This document shows, piece after piece, positions 1-7,992 of a DNA stretch of 64,000 bases. The notes beneath the pieces were generated by a model, which searched no databases, had not been told where the DNA came from, and saw only the letters and a list, made by a program, of their open reading frames with translations. Made by a program: the position numbers and the translations under genes. The stretch spans positions 1 through 64,000 of the IMG/VR virus record IMGVR_UViG_3300034104_005687; one strand, written 5' to 3'. Numbering within the stretch: position 1 is the stretch's first letter; each line of letters begins with the position of its first letter.

Positions 1-189
1 ACTGCTGAAGCACCTGCTGAAGCTCAGACTATCAAGTTGGCAGATTTGATCAGCAACAGCCGAAGCATCGTAGCACACGACCCTGCTTTCGCCCGGACTT
101 ACTTGGCGGAAAAGAGATTGTTGTTGGCTGTGATGACTCGGGGCGATGCAGGGTTGCATGCCGAAGCCAGTGAATATGTAGGAGAGTAA
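1..189 (+). CDS. 3' end of HD-domain phosphohydrolase (RelA/SpoT-hydrolase or Mesh1-like), truncated by window edge
   Basis: Frame +1 reads ...AEAQTIKLADLISNSRSIVAHDPAFARTYLAEKR...* (TAA 187-189). xxxIKLADxxxN is the C-terminal motif of SpoT/Mesh1-type HD domains. Not in the ORF track (no start in window). Confidence 0.65.
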   Translation, partial: TAEAPAEAQTIKLADLISNSRSIVAHDPAFARTYLAEKRLLLAVMTRGDAGLHAEASEYVGE

Positions 190-190
190 A

Positions 191-388
191 ATGAACACAC
201 GAATTCAAGAACTAATGAAGCGGGCTGGCACCGACACCAGCGGCAAGTGGCTGGGCACAGAACATGCAGAAAAACTAGCCGAGTTGATTGTAGAGGAATG
301 CAACCAGTATGCTCTTAGGAACTGGGAGCATGGTCATCTACTAGGACAAGACTTAAAAATATACTTTGGTTTCGGAGTCGAAGAATGA
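191..388 (+). CDS. Small hypothetical phage protein
   Basis: 65-aa ORF packed directly after the upstream stop; MNxRIxEL start typical of phage small early proteins; ATGA overlap with next gene. Confidence 0.7.
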   Translation: MNTRIQELMKRAGTDTSGKWLGTEHAEKLAELIVEECNQYALRNWEHGHLLGQDLKIYFGFGVEE

Positions 389-561
389 AAGACGAATCGC
401 ACTTACCGGTCTCTGAACAGAGTCTGGTATTTAGACTGCGTAAGAGGGCAGAGATCCGTAGGCAGATTCAGGATCGCAAGAGTGTACAAGAAGGTCGTCC
501 AGACCGCATTGCAGACTTGCTGGAAGAAGCTGCCAACGAGATTGAGTGTTTATCTAAGTAA
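385..561 (+). CDS. Small hypothetical phage protein (58 aa, MKDESHLPVSEQSLVFRLRKRAEIRRQIQDRKSVQEGRPDRIADLLEEAANEIECLSK)
   Basis: Translated by hand (below ORF-track cutoff); ATG overlaps the TGA of 191..388; helical, charged. Confidence 0.75.
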   Translation: MKDESHLPVSEQSLVFRLRKRAEIRRQIQDRKSVQEGRPDRIADLLEEAANEIECLSK

Positions 562-1716
562 AATCTGTTTTACCCTTGCAAGATCAATGTTTTGCAAGGG
601 TAATTCTTTTCCGTCTATTCTGCCGTTGTTCCAGAGTCGAATCGACCGTTCAAAGTTGTTGACCAATTCGTCCACAATTTGATGTTTAAACGTAGTCCAT
701 AAGTGGTCAAAGTTGTGCTCTAGTATTGGCTGCATTTCTTTGTGCATTTCTCGCAGTTCTAAGTCACTCATGGCACACAGTCGACTGGTTTGATCAACAA
801 TGGCCTGCAGTCTCTGATCTGGGTCTTTTATGTTGTCGTAGCTTTCGTCAATCCACTGATCAAAAGTTCGAAATCCATAACTTTTTAAATACGCAAGATT
901 GCCCGGAGCCGCGGCCAGCATGAACGGTCGCTGCGCCACAATGGGTTTGAATATTTTTTCTGTGAGGTGCAGTTTGTCATGATAAAACACTGTTTCGGTC
1001 ACAATGTGCCAAAGCCCCGACTTCCACAGTTCAAACTCTTGGTGCCCAAAGTTGGCACTCAAGCTACCGGTGCTGGTTTCGCAATCCAAGATCAGGGGTT
1101 GATCAAGATGCTGTGCAATCATGTTGCAGGCCTCACTGCTTAGACGAGTGTTGGGGTTGGTCAATTCTTGGCGCCAGGTACCGTATTCGGTGTGCCCGAG
1201 ATGCAGGCTCACATGTCCTTGATCCAGCAAGTTTTGTTCTGCTAGACGTGCCGCAAGGTTTAGTCTATAACTGCGATCGTTGACATGCAATCGATTCAGT
1301 GTGATGTAAGGACGAGTCCAGTCAATATGTTGGTCAAAGTATTGACCATCCTGATACCAGTCAAGGGCAGCAAAGCCGTGAAAAAAGTAATACCAATCTT
1401 GACATTGATGTTCGTGACACAAGTGTTTTTTTAATTTGCTGATTTCGCTGTTGGCCAACATCTTGAAATGTTTTGGAGTAGTCCATTCCATTAGATCAGC
1501 AATTGGCATTGATTGCACAGGCTCTTGATCAAAATAATAACAAGAGTTTACTCCCGAAAATATCTTCCCGTACATGCTTGTATTTTTAAAATACCGTCCA
1601 AGTCGTATATCAACTGGATCAGTTGATCCAAAATTTATGTGCATAGTGTCCTGTAGACCCAGCGGTTTTAACAGATGACTATGCAAAATATAGTAAAAAT
1701 TTTCGATGGAAAACAT
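550..1716 (-). CDS. Putative glycosyltransferase, GT10-like 'TEK-x-FKP' family (paralog 1 of 5)
   Basis: WHIVTETVFYHDKLHLTEKIFKPIVAQRPF...LKSYGFRTFDQWIDESYD; YYFFHGFAALDWY is shared with 15116..16246. Confidence 0.55.
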   Translation of the reverse strand: MFSIENFYYILHSHLLKPLGLQDTMHINFGSTDPVDIRLGRYFKNTSMYGKIFSGVNSCYYFDQEPVQSMPIADLMEWTTPKHFKMLANSEISKLKKHLCHEHQCQDWYYFFHGFAALDWYQDGQYFDQHIDWTRPYITLNRLHVNDRSYRLNLAARLAEQNLLDQGHVSLHLGHTEYGTWRQELTNPNTRLSSEACNMIAQHLDQPLILDCETSTGSLSANFGHQEFELWKSGLWHIVTETVFYHDKLHLTEKIFKPIVAQRPFMLAAAPGNLAYLKSYGFRTFDQWIDESYDNIKDPDQRLQAIVDQTSRLCAMSDLELREMHKEMQPILEHNFDHLWTTFKHQIVDELVNNFERSIRLWNNGRIDGKELPLQNIDLARVKQILLR

Positions 1717-1726
1717 ATGGAGACAG

Positions 1727-1733
1727 TATTTAA
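1727..1733 (-). promoter_or_regulatory. Late-promoter-like TTAAATA upstream of 550..1716
   Basis: TAAATA core 10 nt upstream of the ATG at 1716; T4 late consensus is TATAAATA. Confidence 0.45.
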
Positions 1734-1738
1734 CAACG

Positions 1739-1756
1739 GTAATACTGTAGTATTAC
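1739..1756. repeat. Perfect 8-bp inverted repeat GTAATACT-GT-AGTATTAC (operator-like)
   Basis: Seen directly in the divergent intergenic region. Confidence 0.6.
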
Positions 1757-1761
1757 AAATT

Positions 1762-1788
1762 AAAACCCTGCACTACGTAGGGTTTTTA
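1762..1788. terminator. Hairpin AAAACCCTGC-ACTAC-GTAGGGTTTT, possible bidirectional intrinsic terminator
   Basis: 10-bp stem (one G-U pair) flanked by A and T runs. Confidence 0.5.
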
Positions 1789-1817
1789 TTGACTGAAATT
1801 TTGTATTTTGCTATAAT
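1789..1817 (+). promoter_or_regulatory. Sigma70-type promoter TTGACT-N17-TATAAT
   Basis: Near-consensus -35/-10 with 17-nt spacer; AAGGA and ATG (1848) follow. Confidence 0.85.
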
Positions 1818-1847
1818 ACACACATGTCAACAAAACAAGGAACTGCA

Positions 1848-2000
1848 ATGAGCAAGATGAGCGAACTAGCAATGGATATTGAGTACTTGCTGAACAAGGG
1901 CATGAGCTTTGCAGAAGTTGCTCGAGAACTGGAAATTCCAGTGAGCTTTGTGATTGAAGCCAGCGAAGACTGTGATCCTTTTGCAACAATCAACAGTTGA
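1848..2000 (+). CDS. 50-aa protein, possible helix-turn-helix (MSKMSELAMDIEYLLNKGMSFAEVARELEIPVSFVIEASEDCDPFATINS)
   Basis: Translated by hand; promoter plus SD upstream; GMSFAEVARELEIP resembles an HTH pattern. Confidence 0.7.
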   Translation: MSKMSELAMDIEYLLNKGMSFAEVARELEIPVSFVIEASEDCDPFATINS

Positions 2001-2025
2001 CCAATAAATCCCAATGCCTTATAAT
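1997..2025 (+). promoter_or_regulatory. Sigma70-type promoter TTGACC-N17-TATAAT for the AAA ATPase
   Basis: Exact 17-nt spacer; shares the 13-mer TTGACCAATAAAT with the promoter at 4690. Confidence 0.85.
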
Positions 2026-2067
2026 TAAGGCTTACCAACCCAGTTTTGTGTTTTTTGAAAGGTAATT

Positions 2068-3150
2068 ATGTCCGATACCCGCACCGTCTCTTCTGTTCAA
2101 GCTCGTCGCAGCCTGTTGTCTGCATTCAAAGTCAAACGTCCTGTGTTCCTGTGGGGGCCTCCAGGCATTGGCAAAAGTGAATTGGTCGAAGGCATTACCC
2201 AAGAACTAGGAGGCCTTATGATTGACCTGCGTTTGGGTCAGATGGAGCCCACTGACATTCGCGGTATTCCATTCTACAACAAAGAAAAGAACGTGATGGA
2301 ATATGCCCCTCCTGTGGACTTGCCCGATGCGGCCACAGCGGCTCAGTACCCTATTGTGGTGTTGTTCTTGGACGAAATGAACAGTGCCCCGGCCAGTGTT
2401 CAGAGTGCGGCTTATCAGCTGATTCTGAATCGTCGAGTGGGCAAGTATGTGTTGCCGGACAATGTTGTGATGGTGGCTGCTGGTAACCGTGAAAGCGACA
2501 AAGGTGTTACTTACCGCATGCCTACTCCTCTGGCAAACCGTTTCATCCACCAAGAGATGAAGGTGGACTTTGCTTCGTGGCAAGAGTGGGCTGTCAACAA
2601 CAGCATCCACAAAGACGTTGTGGGTTACTTGAGCTTTGCCAAGCAGGACCTGTATGACTTTGATGCCAAGAGTTCAAGTCGTGCATTTGCTACCCCACGT
2701 AGCTGGAGCTTTGTGAGCCAGTTGTTGGACGACGAGATTGACGACGACACTGTGACCAACTTGATTGCAGGTACTGTGGGCGAAGGTCTTGCTGTGAAAT
2801 TTATGGCACACCGCAAGATTGCAGGTCGTATGCCCAACCCCGTGGACATCTTGAAAGGCAAAGTCAAGGACTTGAATGTCAAAGAAGTCAGTGCCATGTA
2901 CAGCTTGGTGATCTCCATGTGTTACGAGCTCAAAGCACAAGTCGAAGGCAAGACAGTAGACAAAGAGTTCCACGAAATGGCTGACAACTTCTTTGGCTAC
3001 ATGATGAAGAACTTTGAGACTGAACTGGTAGTTATGGGTGCTCGTATTGCACTGACCACATACAACTTGCCATTCCAGCCCACCAAGTTGAAAAACTTTG
3101 ACGAGTTCCATCAGCGTTTCGGCAAGTACATTTTGCAAGCTAGTGCCTAA
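2068..3150 (+). CDS. MoxR/dynein-related AAA+ ATPase
   Basis: Walker A GPPGIGKS, Walker B VLFLDEMN, sensor AAGNR, arginine finger LANRF. Confidence 0.9.
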   Translation: MSDTRTVSSVQARRSLLSAFKVKRPVFLWGPPGIGKSELVEGITQELGGLMIDLRLGQMEPTDIRGIPFYNKEKNVMEYAPPVDLPDAATAAQYPIVVLFLDEMNSAPASVQSAAYQLILNRRVGKYVLPDNVVMVAAGNRESDKGVTYRMPTPLANRFIHQEMKVDFASWQEWAVNNSIHKDVVGYLSFAKQDLYDFDAKSSSRAFATPRSWSFVSQLLDDEIDDDTVTNLIAGTVGEGLAVKFMAHRKIAGRMPNPVDILKGKVKDLNVKEVSAMYSLVISMCYELKAQVEGKTVDKEFHEMADNFFGYMMKNFETELVVMGARIALTTYNLPFQPTKLKNFDEFHQRFGKYILQASA

Positions 3151-3154
3151 AAAG

Positions 3155-3179
3155 AAAGCGGTAGAAATACCGCTTTTTT
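3155..3179 (+). terminator. Intrinsic terminator AAAGCGGTA-GAAA-TACCGCTTT-TTT
   Basis: Perfect 9-bp stem, GNRA loop and T-tract, 4 nt after the ATPase stop. Confidence 0.85.
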
Positions 3180-3182
3180 ATT

Positions 3183-3521
3183 ATGAAGTACAAAGTTACC
3201 AAACTCGACAAGCGATATAGCCAGAAAGAGTATTTTCAATTCATGATTGAATTTTCAAAGTCTCATTGGAAAGGAACCGGTGTACTAGATTTTGATCATG
3301 CTCGGAAATGGTTTAATAAAACATTTGGGTGGAGCCAAGATGTCGAAACTCGTTTGGCCATGATCCGAAGTGGCAGTGCCAATCCGTTACGAGCTGAGCC
3401 CGATGATATTAACCCTTATTGGGCATACTCTGCCAAGTACAACGATTATAGAATCTATGTGGGCACAGACAAAGAACTAAACTGGTTTGTACTAAGTAAT
3501 CCCAATGAAAGTCACAATTAA
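3183..3521 (+). CDS. Hypothetical protein
   Basis: 112-aa ORF, co-oriented and overlapping the next gene. Confidence 0.7.
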   Translation: MKYKVTKLDKRYSQKEYFQFMIEFSKSHWKGTGVLDFDHARKWFNKTFGWSQDVETRLAMIRSGSANPLRAEPDDINPYWAYSAKYNDYRIYVGTDKELNWFVLSNPNESHN

Positions 3522-3801
3522 AAACAACCTGATTGTGTTTCATCGTCCCGGTGAATGGTCTGATGTGTATGCACGGATTCTGCAGGATTATGGCATGGGC
3601 ATGGCTGTGAGACCGCGACTGCGTCGTGAACTGGGCTTTGTGTACAGATATCACCGGGGACTGGTGCCCAACGCAACCCCCCGGAAAGATGGTCCTACCA
3701 TGTACTACGAAGACCAAGTACACCTAGATTTCTACTCGGATTCTGCACAATCTTGGTTTCAGTTAAAGTATCTAAATCTTAATACTCAAGTATTACCTTG
3801 A
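3505..3801 (+). CDS. Hypothetical protein
   Basis: 98-aa ORF overlapping the upstream gene; C-terminal 'QSWFQLKY' echoes 'LNWFVLS' of the preceding ORF and 'IFWTLKW' of 8991..9320. Confidence 0.7.
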   Translation: MKVTIKNNLIVFHRPGEWSDVYARILQDYGMGMAVRPRLRRELGFVYRYHRGLVPNATPRKDGPTMYYEDQVHLDFYSDSAQSWFQLKYLNLNTQVLP

Positions 3802-4007
3802 TATTTGCAAGATCTTGTAGCAAACCCACAGATCACGTGGTTTTTGTCAGACACAGGCGTGCTATCATGTTGATTTATATAGGGTTTTGATATGCTAAAA
3901 TCGCTGTTTTTGCTACTGTGAGCACAATAGCAAGATCTTCGTGAAATATTGCTGTAAAACGCCCAAGATCTCAAAAATGTATACTTTTTGCTACAGATAC
4001 AAAACGG

Positions 4008-4036
4008 TTGACCAAAAATCCCCATTTTGCTATAAT
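4008..4036 (+). promoter_or_regulatory. Sigma70-type promoter TTGACC-N17-TATAAT
   Basis: Consensus spacing; followed by AAGGAG (4055-4060) and ATG 4067. Confidence 0.85.
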
Positions 4037-4066
4037 ATGAACATAGTAAGAAATAAGGAGCCACAA

Positions 4067-4441
4067 ATGACAGCATTTACATCTTGGGAAGACATGACAG
4101 AATTGGAACAGGCCCAGGCTACTTTTTGGGACATCTACAAAGACGCTTATGGCGTTCGTCCCCGTGGTATTGACACCAGTGGCTGGACCCTGGAGACCTT
4201 CCGTAAGGAATTTGACTATCTGGGTCAGCTCATTGAGCGTGAGGACATTGCTCGCAAGGCCGCCGAAGGCAAGGCTGTAGAAGCATTTGATCGCCGTGTT
4301 GCTGAATTGATCAGCATGGGCGCCAAGGACTCGGAAATGGCCATGCGTTGGATCCACGAAGCAGAAGGCACCCAAGGTGACAATGATTACCTTGCTTGGA
4401 CTTTGGGCTTGCCCTATCGATATTTTCGCAAAGCGGCTTAA
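4067..4441 (+). CDS. Hypothetical phage early protein (start moved from ORF-track 3941)
   Basis: AAGGAG SD 6 nt before ATG 4067 and downstream of the promoter; D-x-YKDAYGVRPR motif. Confidence 0.8.
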   Translation: MTAFTSWEDMTELEQAQATFWDIYKDAYGVRPRGIDTSGWTLETFRKEFDYLGQLIEREDIARKAAEGKAVEAFDRRVAELISMGAKDSEMAMRWIHEAEGTQGDNDYLAWTLGLPYRYFRKAA

Positions 4442-4451
4442 GGAGTCAAAT

Positions 4452-4685
4452 ATGTTGGTAGAACACACAAGATCTGGTTACTACAACGAACGCCATGGCG
4501 GTCCTTATGATCGTGGCCAGGCTGACAGCTACTACGGTCGCGAGTACAATCCTCACTACTTTGTGGGAGACTCTTACAACTCGCCCAAGATTGAGTTGGG
4601 TCAGATGACCCCAGCAGAGATCGTGGCCTACACCGCGGGGTATCGCGACAACGAAGCCAACGGCGACAAAAAATCCTGGGATTAA
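4452..4685 (+). CDS. Hypothetical phage protein with RHGGPYDRGxADSYY motif (start moved from 4377)
   Basis: AAGGAG SD at 4440-4445, ATG 4452. Confidence 0.8.
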   Translation: MLVEHTRSGYYNERHGGPYDRGQADSYYGREYNPHYFVGDSYNSPKIELGQMTPAEIVAYTAGYRDNEANGDKKSWD

Positions 4686-4689
4686 CAGT

Positions 4690-4718
4690 TTGACCAATAA
4701 ATTGTCTTCAGCTATAAT
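4690..4718 (+). promoter_or_regulatory. Sigma70-type promoter TTGACC-N17-TATAAT for the VWA/metallopeptidase gene
   Basis: Consensus spacing; AAGGA SD and ATG 4743 follow. Confidence 0.85.
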
Positions 4719-4742
4719 ATACATATTGCAACAAGGACATCT

Positions 4743-6023
4743 ATGACTTCCACTACACAGACCAAAGACGACAAGAAAAAGTTTGCCAATCTACTGGGTC
4801 CAACTGACGCCAAAGTTGATCGAGAGGTTCGCGAAAAACTGATTACTGCTCGAGTGGGTTTACTGCTTCGTGCCAGCTTTTTTGGCAATTTGGCCACCCG
4901 TCTCAAACTGGTCAACGCCGATGAGTGGTGCTCAACAGCGGCCACAGATGGTCGCCACTTCTACTACAACAGCCGTTTCATTCAGATGTTGCGTCCCAGA
5001 GAGATCGAATTTTTGTTTGGACACGAGGTCTTGCATTGCGTTTATGACCACTTTGGACGCCGCGGAGATCGAGACCCGCAGTTGTTCAACATTGCCAATG
5101 ACTTTGCTGTCAACGCAGACTTGATCAAGCACCGTGTGGGAGAAAAGATTACCACAGTGCCTTGCCTGCACGATCCCAAGTATGATGGCATGAGCTCAGA
5201 AGAGATCTATGACATTTTGTACGAAAAAGCAGACAAAATTGACATCGGCGATTTACTGGATAAACTGATCGACGAGCACTTGGACGGTGATGGTGATGCC
5301 GACGGTGATGGTGATGGTGATCAAGAAGGCAAAGGCAAAGGTCGTCCCCAACTCAGTGCCGCAGATCGTCAGGCCATCAAGGACGAGATCAAAGAAGCCA
5401 TGTTGGCTGCCGCTCAGACCACAGACGGTGCAGGTAACATTCCTGCAGGCGTAATGCGCATGATCAAAGAGCTTACAGAACCACAGATGAACTGGCGTGA
5501 ACTGTTGCGTATGAACTTGGAGAGCACTATCAAGAGTGACTACACCTGGATGCGTCCTAGCCGTCGTGGATGGCACATGGATGCAGTGATGCCAGGTCGC
5601 AAAAACGACGAAATGATTGACATTGCTATTGCAATCGACACTTCAGGTTCGATTGGCGAGAAAATGCTCAAAGACTTCTTGGGCGAGATCCAAGGTATCA
5701 TGGACTCGTTCCCAGCATACAAGATTCACATTGTGAGTTTTGACACCGACACTTACAATCCTGTTCAGTACGATAGTGACAACTTGGATTCAATTGTGGA
5801 CTACGAGCCAGCAGGCGGTGGCGGCACAGACTTTGATGCTATCTATCGCTACTTGAAAAATGAGGACATCCAACCACGTCGATTAGTAGTGTTTACAGAC
5901 GGCTATCCGTTTGGCAGCTGGGGCGACGAAAACTACTGTGATGCTACCTGGATCTTGCATGGTACCACCAGCATTGTTCCACCCTGGGGCACTTACGCCT
6001 ACTACGAAGATGCAAAAGACTAA
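4743..6023 (+). CDS. DUF2201-like putative metallopeptidase plus C-terminal VWA domain (MoxR partner)
   Basis: AATDG, HEVLH (HExxH), acidic/Gly linker, MIDAS DTSGS, GGGGTDF and VFTDG. Confidence 0.85.
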   Translation: MTSTTQTKDDKKKFANLLGPTDAKVDREVREKLITARVGLLLRASFFGNLATRLKLVNADEWCSTAATDGRHFYYNSRFIQMLRPREIEFLFGHEVLHCVYDHFGRRGDRDPQLFNIANDFAVNADLIKHRVGEKITTVPCLHDPKYDGMSSEEIYDILYEKADKIDIGDLLDKLIDEHLDGDGDADGDGDGDQEGKGKGRPQLSAADRQAIKDEIKEAMLAAAQTTDGAGNIPAGVMRMIKELTEPQMNWRELLRMNLESTIKSDYTWMRPSRRGWHMDAVMPGRKNDEMIDIAIAIDTSGSIGEKMLKDFLGEIQGIMDSFPAYKIHIVSFDTDTYNPVQYDSDNLDSIVDYEPAGGGGTDFDAIYRYLKNEDIQPRRLVVFTDGYPFGSWGDENYCDATWILHGTTSIVPPWGTYAYYEDAKD

Positions 6024-6032
6024 GGACAGACC

Positions 6033-6254
6033 ATGCCCACAATATATACTGAAGTTGAAGTTGACGTAGAGTTGCATGAGTTTGACACAGATGATCTAAT
6101 TGAAGAGTTAGAAAAACGTGGCAAGGGATTTGAAGTTGCGAGTCGTTCGGGCACTGAATTACTTGATGCTATCTACGAAAAACGTCGATTAGGCAAAGAC
6201 TACCAACGTGAACTAGATGAACTGATCTACGTCGGAATAGGACGGATTGTATGA
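6033..6254 (+). CDS. Hypothetical protein
   Basis: 73-aa ORF with AAGGA SD. Confidence 0.75.
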   Translation: MPTIYTEVEVDVELHEFDTDDLIEELEKRGKGFEVASRSGTELLDAIYEKRRLGKDYQRELDELIYVGIGRIV

Positions 6255-6379
6255 ATGACTTCTTTGCAGCCTTGGGCCCGTTTGTGTATGGTTTTGTGCT
6301 AGGATATTTTTGGCATCCTGTATGGACGATTGCAAAGAAGATTTGGGTTGAAGTTAAACAAGCCCGAAAGGAATGGTAA
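6251..6379 (+). CDS. 42-aa putative membrane protein (MNDFFAALGPFVYGFVLGYFWHPVWTIAKKIWVEVKQARKEW)
   Basis: Translated by hand; ATGA and TAATG overlaps on both sides; one hydrophobic segment and a basic tail. Confidence 0.65.
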   Translation: MNDFFAALGPFVYGFVLGYFWHPVWTIAKKIWVEVKQARKEW

Positions 6380-6582
6380 TGAGCGAAGATAAAAAGTTTG
6401 ATCGATTTGATCTCGAACAAGGTATCATGCAGTGCTGGAACGTGGTAGACGATGTTCGTCTGCTGGTCAAGCGTGGCGCATCTCTAGAGGACTTCGACGG
6501 TGTGGCCAGACTGTATCAACACAAATTTGAAGAACTGTTTGCTCAGTTTGAAAACGGGGTACATGAAAGGAAAATTGTATGA
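6379..6582 (+). CDS. Hypothetical protein
   Basis: ORF track 6373..6582; likely start at the TAATG overlap (6379). Confidence 0.7.
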   Translation: MSEDKKFDRFDLEQGIMQCWNVVDDVRLLVKRGASLEDFDGVARLYQHKFEELFAQFENGVHERKIV

Positions 6583-6755
6583 ACAAATTTAAAACATGGT
6601 ATGTGACACACCAAGATGCTATCACTTGGTTCTTGATTGGCTGGCTTTCGAGTGCAGGGTTGAATGAACTAGCACACAGTAATTATATTTGGGCCGCGGT
6701 GTTGTTTGTGATTGCATTCTTGAACTATGCAGTAAACCGAGTACGATTGTCATGA
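6579..6755 (+). CDS. 58-aa putative two-TM membrane protein
   Basis: Translated by hand: MNKFKTWYVTHQDAITWFLIGWLSSAGLNELAHSNYIWAAVLFVIAFLNYAVNRVRLS; ATGA overlap upstream. Confidence 0.65.
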   Translation: MNKFKTWYVTHQDAITWFLIGWLSSAGLNELAHSNYIWAAVLFVIAFLNYAVNRVRLS

Positions 6756-6756
6756 C

Positions 6757-6996
6757 ATGGGCAGTCAAACTGACTACTTCAATCGCATAGGATACAAGCA
6801 TACCTATGTCATCGGCGATCGTGTTTTTGGACACTGGAATCAGATTCCGTTTGTGGGCAGTGTGGGAAATGACCGCAAGATCAACAACATTGATGGACCT
6901 GAAGTCACAGTTTACTTAGATCTTCCGATCAAGCACAACGGCAAATGGCGGCATGTGATAGTGGTCAAGCACTGTGACATACGGCCTTATCAGTAA
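6757..6996 (+). CDS. Hypothetical protein (small beta-barrel-like)
   Basis: 79-aa ORF directly after the preceding stop. Confidence 0.7.
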   Translation: MGSQTDYFNRIGYKHTYVIGDRVFGHWNQIPFVGSVGNDRKINNIDGPEVTVYLDLPIKHNGKWRHVIVVKHCDIRPYQ

Positions 6997-7049
6997 CATC
7001 AATTTGTCCAAAATACTGCTATAAAATAATTTGTGCCGGTTAATACACC

Positions 7050-7056
7050 TTAAATA
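7050..7056 (+). promoter_or_regulatory. Late-promoter-like TTAAATA
   Basis: TAAATA ends 5 nt before ATG 7062; no SD. Confidence 0.5.
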
Positions 7057-7061
7057 TCTGC

Positions 7062-7256
7062 ATGGAAAATCTACAACTCACTATAGCCGATATGGCTAGC
7101 TTGAAATCACTTCTTGAATTGGCTGCATCACGTGGCACATTCAAGGCAGCCGAAATGAGTCAGGTCGGTATTGTGTATGACAAACTGTCACGATTCTTAG
7201 ACGCCAGCACCGAACAGCTACGTCAACAACAAACATCAGGAGAGCAAAATGCTTAA
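7062..7256 (+). CDS. Hypothetical protein
   Basis: 64-aa helical ORF with ASRGTFKAAEM motif. Confidence 0.75.
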   Translation: MENLQLTIADMASLKSLLELAASRGTFKAAEMSQVGIVYDKLSRFLDASTEQLRQQQTSGEQNA

Positions 7257-7992
7257 ACACATAGGTAGACACGGAGACCGCAAGGTTGCAATTGTATTCA
7301 GACAGATCCCAGGCGAGGACCATATGTGCCTTGTGGTATATCCCGACGTACTTCCCACGCATATTCACAACTCAGTGTTGAGCGTGTTGGAGAGTGCACC
7401 AGGACAAGCAGCCACCACACTGGCAGACGTGTTTCATCGCAACTTGCTGCCCGACGGTCGTCCTATCTTGGAGGCCTTGCATCGCGAAGGCATGCTGAAA
7501 AAGATTGCCACAAATCAAGTGATTGTGACACCCACTGCCACTAGCTCAGTCAAGTTAGACGAACTCAACAGACTGGTCAAAGAAATGGAAAGCGGCGACG
7601 ACGCTCGCAAGCGCATGACCGAACTGGATGCCAACACAGGCATAGTGGATCCTGCTACCAAACGTCAGCAAGAACAAGAATTCAAAAAGCGCAGACTTGA
7701 ACAAGAGGCTGCCAGATCACAGCAAGGCCTGCCACCAGTGCCCGCTGGTTCAGATTCGGCACTGGACGACAAATCACTGGCATCCAACATGTTGGCTCAA
7801 GCCAAGAAAATGGAAATTGAAGCCAAGGGCTTGATTGCTGAAGCTGCCAGAATGAAAAAAGATGCCGAACGTATGCACCCAGGAGTGACAACAAACAGCG
7901 GCGTTGCTCCTGTTGTTCAAGAAGTCAAAGCCGAGCCAGCAGTGCGTCGTGGTCGCAAACCCAAAGTAGCGGCTACCAATGCAGTTCAGTGA
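7249..7992 (+). CDS. Hypothetical protein with coiled-coil C-terminal half
   Basis: 247-aa ORF, GGAG SD, overlaps neighbours. Confidence 0.8.
   Translation: MLKHIGRHGDRKVAIVFRQIPGEDHMCLVVYPDVLPTHIHNSVLSVLESAPGQAATTLADVFHRNLLPDGRPILEALHREGMLKKIATNQVIVTPTATSSVKLDELNRLVKEMESGDDARKRMTELDANTGIVDPATKRQQEQEFKKRRLEQEAARSQQGLPPVPAGSDSALDDKSLASNMLAQAKKMEIEAKGLIAEAARMKKDAERMHPGVTTNSGVAPVVQEVKAEPAVRRGRKPKVAATNAVQ

Noticed and set aside
2206-3138. Minus-strand ORFs opposite the AAA ATPase
   Set aside because: Shadow frames; the plus-strand gene has a promoter, full motifs and a terminator.
5283-5321. GAT/GGT microsatellite encoding DGDGDADGDGDGD as a phase-variation site
   Set aside because: The unit is in-frame (6 nt) and imperfect; acidic Gly linkers are normal between the peptidase and VWA domains.
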